45,626 bases of DNA from Emiliania huxleyi CCMP1516 (taxonomy: Eukaryota). Made by a program: the position numbers and the translations under genes. The stretch is taken from positions 2,717,791 to 2,763,416 of the forward strand of contig NW_005202428.1 of NCBI RefSeq assembly GCF_000372725.1, in the 5' to 3' direction. The notes under the pieces were generated by a model, which was given only the letters and a program-made list of their open reading frames with translations, was not told the origin of the DNA and made no database searches. Of the stretch, positions 23,348 to 32,763 are shown one piece after another (positions within the stretch are counted from its first letter, which is position 1; every line of letters starts with the position of its first letter).

Positions 23348-23469
23348 GCGACAGGCGCGTGCAGCGTGCTGGCATAAACACAGGCAAAAAAGAGGGGTGC
23401 CTCAAAGCTCAATAATATGACTCACAGCTCACAAAAAAGAGAAAAGTTCGTATTATTAACAACGAAGGT

Positions 23470-23985
23470 CGAAGCCGCTCTCACTCGCAAGCACGTGTGG
23501 GAGCACCATCACGACTGGCGAACTCTGCACCACACCAGGCTAGGTCTCGACTTCATCGACTACTACATCGACCGACGCCGGCTGGGCTGGCTCGGCGGCA
23601 TGTCAGCAGGATGGATTTCGATCGCCTACCTCGTCGCATGCTCTCATCGTGGGACGTGGGTGCCTCACGGCCGGCCGATCGGGTGCCCCAACATGACGTC
23701 TGGGCGCAGCATCCGCACCGCGCTCGACAAGTTCCACATCGACCGCTCGAGGTGGCCCGACCGAGGGCTCGCCGCCGATCGCTCGGCCTGGCGCCAGACG
23801 CTGGAGAACAAACAGGCGCCCGCCCGACGCCATCTTTGCCATGCCGGCGAAGGCTAGGCCGCCCTCCCCGCGCATTGCGCGCACCACGTACCAGACCAGT
23901 GCGCTCATGCTCGGCGAGAACCAATGCAGCCATGGTCACACCAATCCTCGCTACCCAACGCAGCCAAAGGATATCCACCTCGAAA
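23470..23985 (+). mobile_element. Degenerate 3' fragment of an RTE-like non-LTR retrotransposon
   Basis: Frameshifted RRRLGWLG(R)HVSRMDFDRLPRRMLSSW..RPIGCPNMT..LAADRSAWR is the typical C-terminus after the RT in RTE-clade LINEs. Confidence 0.8.
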
Positions 23986-24065
23986 AAGAGAAGCGCGGCT
24001 CACCGCTCGCAGCGACGCGCGTGCTGCGTGCGTGCCTCCGCTCACTCAGTCTACTCGCTGCGAGG

Positions 24066-27000
24066 ATGCTACTACTCGCGGCGCTCACCTATCGGCCAAC
24101 ACGCACACCATTGCGTAGCTGTCAGCTGGCGCCGTACATGCAGCAGCCACAAGAGGTGCCAGCCGAAGGTGGTGAGGTGTTGCTTGTGGCGACTGGCCTC
24201 GCGCAGACGTTCGATGGCCAGCGCTACCCGTTCCGCGACATCGAGCTCTCACTGGCGCGCGGCGCCAAGGTTGGCCTCGTCGGCTCCAACGGCGTCGGCA
24301 AGAGCAGCCTGCTCAAGGTTCTCGTGGGCGCCGATGCTCCCGAGAGAGGCTCCGTCAAACTAAGCCGCGACGTCCAGCTCGCGTACGTCGAGCAGGACCC
24401 GACCCTCCCCGACGGAGCGCTGGCTGAAGAGTTCTTCTACGGCTCGGAGCTGCCCGGCTTCGCGGCGCTGCGCGAGTTTAGCGCAGCAGCAGCGGAGGTT
24501 GAGACGGGTGGCGGCGAGGGTGTGGCGGCGCGGCTACAGCGCGCGAGCGACGCGATGGACGCGAGCGGCGCGTGGGCGCTGGAGAGCGAGATGCGCAAGC
24601 TGTGCGAGCGGCTCAACGTGCGCTCGCTCCTCCGCTCCGAGGCTACGTCGCTGTCGGGCGGGCAGCGCAAGCGACTCGCGCTCGCGGCGGCGCTGCTGGC
24701 CAAGCCAGACGTGTGCCGCAGCTAGAATGAGAGACCAACCGACATGCGCGACACGATTGCGATTGTCGCTCCCTGCGGTTGGCGTAGGTGCTCCTGCTCG
24801 ACGAGCCGACCAACCACCTCGACATCTCGGGCATCGGCTGGCACAGGCGGAGATCTCCTCTAGGAACCTTCCAGGAACCTTCTAGGAACCTTCTAGGCAT
24901 CGGCTGGCTCGAGGCGGAGATCTCCTCTCTGCGAGACACGGCGGCGCGGCTCTCCTCGCACGACCGCGCCGCCTCCGTGTCGAGGTGCGTCGGTGACGCG
25001 TCCAGGACGTGTCCCTCCAGGTGCTGCTCGTCACGCACGACCGCGCCTTCCTCTCCGCGGTCGCGCGCGAGATCGTCGAGCTCCACGGCTCCTCTCTCTG
25101 GAGGCACCGAGGCTCGTACGAGGACTTCATCGAGGCAAAGCAGGCGCGGGGCCGAGGAGGCAGGGCCGAGGAGGAGGGAGGACAGAGGGAGGACCTCTCT
25201 TAAGCGTCTCTCTGCGATCAGGCGCGGCTGGAGGCGCAGGGGCAGCAGGCGGCAGCGGCGCGCAATCTGTACAGGAGGGAGCTCGCCTGGGTGCGAAAGC
25301 AGCCCAAGGCGCGCGAGTCAGAGGGCCCACCCCGAGCCCGAGCCCGAACTCTATCCACCGCCCTGACCCTGGCCCCAATCCTGACCCTGGCCCCAATCCT
25401 GACCCTGGCCCCAATCCTGACCCTGGCCGCAATCCTGACCCGAAGGCGCGCGAGTCAAAGTCGAAGAGCCGCCTCGAGCGCTTCGAGGGCCTTGCAGCGA
25501 CGGTCGCCGCCGCGCCGCCGCCGCCGCAGGCCGTCGAGCTCGAGGCGGGCATGCAGCGGCTCGGCGTCATAGAATGCGGAACACAAACGATCCCGATGTT
25601 GCAACGGTCTTCGCAGCTCTTGTATGCACGTAGCTCTTGTATGCACGTAGCTCTTGTATGCACGTAGCTCTTGTATGCACGTAGCTCTTGCATGCACGCG
25701 GTGCTGCCTTGCATAGCACCGTGTTGACACCCTGAGCTCGGTGCTTGACGGTTAGCACCGTGTTGAGACCCTGAGCTCGGTGCTGCACGGTTAGGCTCGG
25801 CACGTCGGTGCTTCGCTTCGAGGCGGCGAGCTGCACGCGCGGCGAGAGGAACGTCCTCTCCGGCTTCAGCTACGACTTCTCGCGCGGCGACCGGATCGGG
25901 CTGGTCGGGCCGAACGGCGCGGGCAAGTCCTCCTTCCTCCTCGCGGTGCTGCAGCAGCTGCCGCTCGAGGGCGGCCGCGTCGTCGCGGGCGAGACGGTGC
26001 TTCCGAGACGGAGCCGAGATTACCCGGGATGGCCAGAGACTAGCCGAGATGTGGCGGTGCTTCCGCACGGCTGCTGTCCGCAGGGAGTGTGTGTCCGCCT
26101 TGTGCTGCACCTCGTCGTCGCATCCGTCCCGTGCCCGTGGCTGCTGCCAGGTGGTGTACGGGCACTACTCGCAGGAGGGCCTGCAGGTGGACGACGGCGA
26201 GAAGCGGGTGCTCGCCTTCGTGCGCGAGGCGGTGGCGGACGGGCACGAGGCGCAGCGCGGCGAGGGAGGCCGGCTGGGCGGCGACGAGGCGGAGCGGCGC
26301 GCGGGGCAGCTGCTCCGCCAGTTCCTCTTCCCGCAGCATCGGTGGGCGACCCCCGTCGGGCGGCTGTCTGGCGGAGAGCGGCGGCGGCTGCAGCTGCTGT
26401 CTGTGCTCGCCAAGGAGCCGAACGTGCTTCTGCTCGACGAGCCGACGAACGACCTCGACCTCGACACGCTCGCCGTGCTGGAGGAGCCGCTCCCCTTCAG
26501 AGCGCGTCGCCGCTGCACGCTTCTCATAGCACCTCTCCCCGAGCCTGCCTGCAGGACTTCCTGCTCGCCTTCCAGGGCGTGCTGGTCGTCGTCTCGCACG
26601 ACCGCTACTTCGTCGACAAGGCCTCCTCGCAGCTCGTCGAGAGGTCCACAGCCTCCCCTGAGCAGGCTCCCGGAACCTGCCCGCAGGTCTGCTCGCAGCT
26701 CTTTGTCCTCGGAGGAGATGGCGACGTGCGCCGGTGGCCAGACTCGTTCACGCGATGGGTCGAGTGGAAGCGGCTGCAAGACAAGCAGCGTGTTACCGGC
26801 AGCACGCGTGACCAGCAGCGTGCGGCCGCCGCGCCGTCAGCGCCGCCGCCGCCGCCAGCACCGCCGCAGCCGCAGGCGTCGGAGCCCGCGGCGGGAAAGG
26901 CGCTGTCGGCCTTCGAGGAGCGACGCCTCGCCTCTCTCGAGGGGGAGCTAGCGGCGCTGGGCGACGCCGAGGCGGCGTTGCAGCAACGGATCAACACCTT

Positions 27001-27118
27001 CGATGCGGCGCGCGACGGGTACAGCGACCTGCAAGACTGGACTGCGGAGCTCGAGACGCTGCAGGCAAAGGTGGCGGACACAGAGGAGCGCTGGCTCGCC
27101 CTCGCCGAGCGAGCCTAG
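24066..27118 (+). CDS. ABC-F family ATPase (Uup-like), about 9 introns
   Basis: Two NBDs: GSNGVGKS / LSGGQRKR / [11 protein letters not shown] / THDR and GPNGAGKS / LSGGERRR / [11 protein letters not shown] / SHDR. C-terminal coiled coil ending EERWLAL, as in Uup. No TM domain. Confidence 0.93.
25361..25441 (+). repeat. Intronic 18-bp tandem repeat (CCTGACCCTGGCCCCAAT) of degenerate CCCTAA-like hexamers
   Basis: About 4.5 copies read directly. Confidence 0.85.
25615..25697 (+). repeat. Intronic 16-bp tandem repeat (AGCTCTTGTATGCACGT-like), about 5 copies
   Basis: Read directly. Confidence 0.9.
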
Positions 27119-27179
27119 CCCACCCCTGCCTGCCGCCCGCCCGCAAGGGCGAGGGGTGCCGCGCGAGCCGCGAGGGTGC

Positions 27180-27245
27180 GCGATATTGCGCGATATTAGG
27201 CGATACTCGGCGACACTCGGCGATATTAGGCGATACTCGGCGATC
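27180..27245 (+). repeat. 10-bp tandem repeat (GCGATATTAG / GCGATACTCG)
   Basis: About 6.5 units just downstream of the ABC-F stop. Confidence 0.9.
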
Positions 27246-28396
27246 ATTCACGATACACCGAAAATTTCCGCTAGACTAGGGGTGGGGCGCGATACCTCGC
27301 TCTCCGCTCCTCTCGCGAGTCGCGTCCGGTCCCGCGTTTAGCCCCAGATGACTAGTTCCGTACCGTAGTTGCAAAAAGTCTCACGTGGAAAAAGCACAAA
27401 AACTACATATGTATACCAAAAATGCTGTCACGGCCAGCTCGGCACTATCTACTCAAAAAATGTGACGTAGAGCACCACTTTTTAAGCGTTCGCCGCATAC
27501 ACAAGGTCCGCCTGCGTGCGGCGCCAGCTTCTCAGGGCCATCGCGCAAAAAACGACGGAGGAGATGCATCCTAGCTGAGACCACCACCGAAGGCGACTCG
27601 ACGTCGCTGAGATCGGAGATCAAGCTCTGACAGGTCACACGTCGCTCCTTTGACGCCGACGTGACTCACCCGTGCAGAGCGCATCAGGACACGGTCTCGG
27701 CGCGCTCGGTACGACGCCTGCGACCCGTCTCGGGTCAGGTGGCACGACGCTCATCGCGCCTGCCAGCGCTGCCGTGCAGGCTGCCACGTCGAGGTCGATC
27801 ACGCTTCTATACGCTCGCCCAGCCTTCCTTTCCATCCCATTAGACAGCCTGGGAACGGTGGCGGTCAGAGGCAAAGCCTGCGAGGGGCGGTGGAACCACA
27901 TGTCACGGCCACCGCCGGCTCGACGCAACGATAGCCGCTCCGGAGGCTGACTTTGAGGCACCATCATCGGACGATGTCGACGAGTTGGGTCGCTCTCGCG
28001 GTAGCCAGGTAGCCCCCCATACTAGTAGCACCAGCCATGGCCTCAGGGAGCGCGGGCGAGGGCGCTGGGGGAGCAACACGGAAAAAAAAAGATAAAACTG
28101 GTCCACACACGAGCACCCGTATTTGCAACTAGTCAGATGTGCACACGCGATCTGCACACACATGTCGGTGCATGATCCGCAGTTGAAACAACTCGTTGTA
28201 AAATAAAAATAAACACGGCGAACCTGAGATGTCCTGGCGGCCGGGCCGCTCTCCTAAGGCGGCTGTTGCTCCCCCACCCCGGGACCAGTCAGTGCTCCGC
28301 CGACAAGCATGCACAAGTCACAGCCCCGGCGCGGAAAGCCGGCGACGTCTGGGCCTGGGCGCCCAACTCTTACATGCCACGGATCGCGCTTGGTGC

Positions 28397-29120
28397 TCAC
28401 AGGGCGCGCGATGAGACCCCGCCAAGCTTGCGCACCTGCGGGCGGGGATGCGGAGTGCTGCAGCGAGAGAGGAGGGCCGCAAGAGGTGGCGCGGGCGCAG
28501 GCAAGCGCCTGGTCACGCGTCAGGATAAAGTTGAGCCATTTGGCGCCGTCCGGCTCGACCCGCTCGCGCGCACCGACGTTCTCGGACTGGTAGAACTCTA
28601 CTGCCTTCGTGTTCCAGTCCAGCGCCTGCCACTGGAGCCGCGCAGAGCCGTGCTTGGCCGCGAGGGCCGCGATAGCACGCAGCAGCGCCTGACCGCCGCC
28701 CTGGCCGCGGGCGGCGGGCGCGACGTACAGGTCCTCCAGGTACATGCACGGCCCCTCCCACGTGCTGTACGTCGGAAAGGCGATCGCGTAGCCGGAGGGC
28801 GGCGTGTTGGGCTGGAGGAAGGCCTTGCTCGCAGGCTCGAGGATGAGGCACTCGAAGGCGCCTGCCTCGAGGTGGGCCTGCATCTCCTCGACCGAGAGCA
28901 GCACGGCGTCCGGCTGCTTCTCGAAAGCCGCAAGCTCGCGGACGAGCGCGTGCACGGCTGCTATGTCCGCCGAGGTTGCAGCTCGGACAGACCAGGCGCC
29001 AAACCTGCGCTTGGAAAAGTCGCCGAGCCCTGCGGTCCGTTTCCTGTGCCGGCCGAGAAGGTAGCCGACGGCGAGCGCGGTCGCCGCGACAGCAGGCAGT
29101 AGCGTCGAGCTCGCCTGCAT
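28397..29120 (-). CDS. GNAT acetyltransferase, diamine/spermidine N-acetyltransferase-like, 1 intron
   Basis: VRAATSADI..LVRELAAFEK; YSTWEGPCMYLEDLYVAPAARGQGGG; LQWQALDWNTKAVEFY. N-terminal hydrophobic anchor. Confidence 0.9.
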
Positions 29121-29553
29121 GCCTGCACTCCGGCCTGTGGTGCTGAGGGATCAACAATTCTCAGTGGTGAGCAGTCGCCAGAAGAAATTCCGCGACTTCT
29201 GCTGCGTTTTCTTTCTTTCTTTCTGCTGCAAGGTCGGGCTTCTGTCCTTCAGCCCTATGCGCATGTCTTGTCGCCCTAGGGGCTCGGGCCCCGGCCTGAA
29301 CTCCTCACTGCACTGTTGCAGAATGTCCCTTGTAATGTGAGAGTGTGCGTTGTCGTTCGTGTTATATGTATCCGCTTTCTCCTTCAGCCTGGTCCTATGC
29401 GACCAGCTTTTCTTTCCATGCACCTACCTACCCCGGGTTCACCTCTCTACGACTACGTCGAATCCTCCTCCTCAGACATCTGCGCCTCGCGCCAGCGGCC
29501 TCACGGGTCACGGCCCCAGCCCCGTGGCAGATGCGACTCCCCTAGCTAGCCCC

Positions 29554-30969
29554 CTACTCCCGGTCGCCCCTCTCGCCCCTCGGGTCGGCCGGCTGGGCCG
29601 ACTGCCCTAGCGGGGAGGCGTCCTGCAGCCGCGCCGCCTTGCGCGGCCGGCCCTGCTGCTGCTCGGGCGCACCGCCGTCATTCTCGCCGCCGTGCTCGCC
29701 CGCGGCGTCCGCCAGGCGCGCGGCCTCCTTGAGCCTGCCCGCGATGAAGGCGTCCCGCTTCAGCGCCTGCAGCGCGGGCGGGGCGTGCGCGAGCAGCAGC
29801 GGGTCCGAGACGCGGCCGTTGTCCAGGTCCGCCTTGAGGTCGAGCATCGCCTCGACCACCTCCTCCTTCACCTCCTCGACCATGCGGGCACGCGCGCGGC
29901 ACTCGCGGTACTGCCTCTCCGTGCCGGACTCGAGAAAGGCCGCCACGCTCCGCGGGTGGAAGTTGACGAAACTCTCGTACGCCGTGAGCGAGAGCGAGGC
30001 CGAGACGGAGAGCGCCATATGTGCGTTGGCGCCCGAGAAGAGGACCACGTCTCCGGGCGTGAGGAGGGCGACCTTGCACGCGGCGGCGAGCGCCGCCTCC
30101 TCGGCGGGCTGCAGCGGCGGCGTGAAGAGCCGGTAGCAGTGCTGCCGGAATAGGTCGGCGGTCGCCTCTCCGTGCGGCCAGACCGCGAGCAGCTTGCGGC
30201 CGCTGAAGTTCTTGCCGACGTTGGACCAGCCGATCTGGTCGACGTGGAGTGGCGAGCCTGAGAAGCGGCCCCCCACGAAGACGCCCTCGTCGTACCGGTC
30301 GTAGTACGGCAGCGCGTCGCTCCTCCCAGCCCCGACGTAGTCTTTGACGTCCACCGCACACAGAGTCTTGACCCACGAGCCGCCGACCGGGTGGCGGTAC
30401 TTTTGGCCCCAGCGGACCTCCCCAAGGTAGGCACGGGGCTCGCTGCCGCTGCCGCCGCCGCCACCGCCGCTGCCACTGCCGCCGCCGCCGCCCTCCTCGC
30501 CGCAGCCATCCTCCTCGCCGCTGTCATCGCCGCCGCCGCCGCCGCCTGCTTCGGCGCAGCGCTGCCTGAGGGCGTCCCGCTTGTCTAGCAGCGAGACGAG
30601 CCGTTCGCCGTCCGATCCCTCCTTGAGCTCCTCCTCCTCGCCCCCGCCGCAGAGGTAGACGCGGCCCCGCAGCCGACACAGCATCTCATCAGGAAGCGAG
30701 TCCAGCATCTTCCGCACCGTCGGCTGCTGCTGCACGGCCTCGCGGAGCTCACGAGGCAGCGCCTCCTCCTGCTCCAGCAAGCTCACGCCGCCGGGGAGCA
30801 CGAAGAGCGTGTCAACGTGCGCACTTGTGCAGAGCGCTTCGACGAACTCTCGCGGCGTCGATAAGACGTTGGGGCGTCTGGCGTCGTCGGCGAGAGAGAG
30901 AGGCCAGCCCGCCGTCGCGAGTGCCTCTCTGAGCGCCTCCTGGGTGGTCAGGGTTGCCTGGGTGGCCAT
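29554..30969 (-). CDS. JmjC-domain Fe(II)/2-oxoglutarate oxygenase
   Basis: FVGGRFSGSPLHVD, GRKLLAVWP, LTPGDVVLFSGANAH: HxD...H triad. Single exon. Confidence 0.82.
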   Translation of the reverse strand: MATQATLTTQEALREALATAGWPLSLADDARRPNVLSTPREFVEALCTSAHVDTLFVLPGGVSLLEQEEALPRELREAVQQQPTVRKMLDSLPDEMLCRLRGRVYLCGGGEEEELKEGSDGERLVSLLDKRDALRQRCAEAGGGGGGDDSGEEDGCGEEGGGGGSGSGGGGGGSGSEPRAYLGEVRWGQKYRHPVGGSWVKTLCAVDVKDYVGAGRSDALPYYDRYDEGVFVGGRFSGSPLHVDQIGWSNVGKNFSGRKLLAVWPHGEATADLFRQHCYRLFTPPLQPAEEAALAAACKVALLTPGDVVLFSGANAHMALSVSASLSLTAYESFVNFHPRSVAAFLESGTERQYRECRARARMVEEVKEEVVEAMLDLKADLDNGRVSDPLLLAHAPPALQALKRDAFIAGRLKEAARLADAAGEHGGENDGGAPEQQQGRPRKAARLQDASPLGQSAQPADPRGERGDRE

Positions 30970-31015
30970 TGAGTGCGGGGATTTTTCTTGTTTTCTCTCT
31001 CTCTGTGTACCTACC

Positions 31016-31182
<167 letters not shown>

Positions 31183-31193
31183 GGTTATTAACG

Positions 31194-31316
31194 GCGCGCG
31201 ACGTGCAAAAGTTCGAGTACGTGCCGCTCGGCCCCTTCGGCGCCAAGAACTTTGCCACCTCCATCTCGCCCTGGGTGGTGAGGGCGGAGGCGCTCCTCCG
31301 GTTTCGGTGCGCGACG
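31194..31316 (+). pseudogene. FAH: Fumarylacetoacetase gene fragment
   Basis: [29 protein letters not shown] matches the FAH motif [29 protein letters not shown]. No other part of the gene is present. Confidence 0.85.
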
Positions 31317-31320
31317 AAAC

Positions 31321-31520
31321 GGTGAGGTCTGTGGCAAGGACCACCACATCAAGCACTGCTGGTACAAGAACCCGAAGCTGTGCTACAGCAAGAAGATCCG
31401 GGATGAGATCCTGGAAAAGATCGCCGAGTCAGCTTCCAAAGCAAATGAGGAGCAAGATGACGGTCCGGGTGTTGTTAAGCACTACCTCGCCACGGCCGAA
31501 CTCCACGTGCCCAAGCGCAC
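31321..31520 (+). mobile_element. Gag-like CCHC zinc-knuckle fragment
   Basis: [18 protein letters not shown]; first Cys apparently lost at the junction with the FAH fragment. Confidence 0.45.
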
Positions 31521-31835
31521 ACCGGCCGGAGCGCCACCGGGGGGTGCCGCCCTCCCGTTCATGAGCCCAACAACACGAACGCTATCCATCCTCACCGGCC
31601 CCCATCCCCGTGGTCGGCCTCGCTCGCCGCGCCAAGCCGCGGTCCGGTCGTCCGCCCGGCGGCCAAGCCCAAGGACGGGGAGGGGGCCACCCGCGCTCGC
31701 GCAGTCTGTCACCGGCTGCGACATGCGGCCCGCAGACCTCCTCGCCTCGGGTGGGGGTAGTTGGAGAAGGGTAGTTGGACTCTGTCACCGGCTGCGACAT
31801 GCTGCGAAGGGATTTTTTTTCTTTTCACACCGCGA

Positions 31836-32453
31836 ATGTCTGCTCTTGACGGCTCTCCTCCTGCCGCTGGGGGGCTGGAGCCCCACATCCTCTTCGGGCT
31901 GTGCGGACTCAGCCTAGCCTTGCTCGTGCTCAACGTCTTTCTGGTGACCAGGCTGTGCCGGCGGGGGTCGTCGTCTGTGGACATCGATTGGTGCCAGAGT
32001 TTGGAGGCGGTCGAGGTGCGGCCGCCTTGCCTGCGCTCGCGCCGGTGGCCGCACTCGCAATCGGCACGCGCTTGCCCGTCTCAGGTGAGCGTGCCGCTCC
32101 CCAAGGGACGGGTCAGCCACGACGTCAAGTGCGAGATCATGCCGACGCGCTTCTCTCTCGCCATCCGAGGAGAGAAGCCGGAGCCGTACTTGAGTGGGAC
32201 TCTCTTTCGACCCATCAATGTCGACGAGTCGCACTGGCAGCTCTGGCCTGTCGGCGCGCGCACGCGCCTCGCCGCCCGTGCCGCCGTGCGTGCGCCCCGA
32301 GCCCACTCTCTCTCTCGCCCAGGCGCTGCGGAGGGCGAGCCGCGCAGCATCAAGGTGTCGATGGCCAAGGCGAAGCCCAGCCGCTGGCCGACGCTGTTCG
32401 CGGCCGGCGCCGCGAGCGTTGTGGAGACACAGGAGAAGAAGAAGGACCGATAG
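31836..32453 (+). CDS. Membrane-anchored CS-domain (p23/NudC-like) protein, 2 introns
   Basis: TM segment ILFGLCGLSLALLVLNVFLV; WCQSLEAVE|VSVPLP..DVKCEI..LSGTLFRPINVDESHW..KVSMAK..WPTLF. Confidence 0.82.
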   Translation: MSALDGSPPAAGGLEPHILFGLCGLSLALLVLNVFLVTRLCRRGSSSVDIDWCQSLEAVEVRPPCLRSRRWPHSQSARACPSQVSVPLPKGRVSHDVKCEIMPTRFSLAIRGEKPEPYLSGTLFRPINVDESHWQLWPVGARTRLAARAAVRAPRAHSLSRPGAAEGEPRSIKVSMAKAKPSRWPTLFAAGAASVVETQEKKKDR

Positions 32454-32763
32454 GATGCGATCCCTCTTGTTCTCGCTTTTGTGAGAGGACGTCTCTCTCC
32501 TCTCTCTCTCTACGACATGTGCATGCGCTCCGTGTCTGTCTCTCCTCTGGCGTTACATCGATGATTGGCGGAGGAGCTGGAGTTTGCATGCATGTGCATG
32601 TCATGCGATGTCGATCTCGTCTCTCACTTCGTGGCTCGCGTATCTCCGTATGAAAACTTAGACGCTTTGTGTGCGCACAGTGCATGCACGATGCAGCGCG
32701 CAGCCAGCGCAGCAGAATCGAAGGGGGATCGCCGGACGCCGCTCCGCGGTCACACAAGCCAGC

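Noticed and set aside
7889..30969. Metabolic gene cluster (oxygenases, XDH, esterase, GNAT, phosphatase)
   Set aside because: No coherent pathway, mixed predicted compartments and no scaffold synthase.
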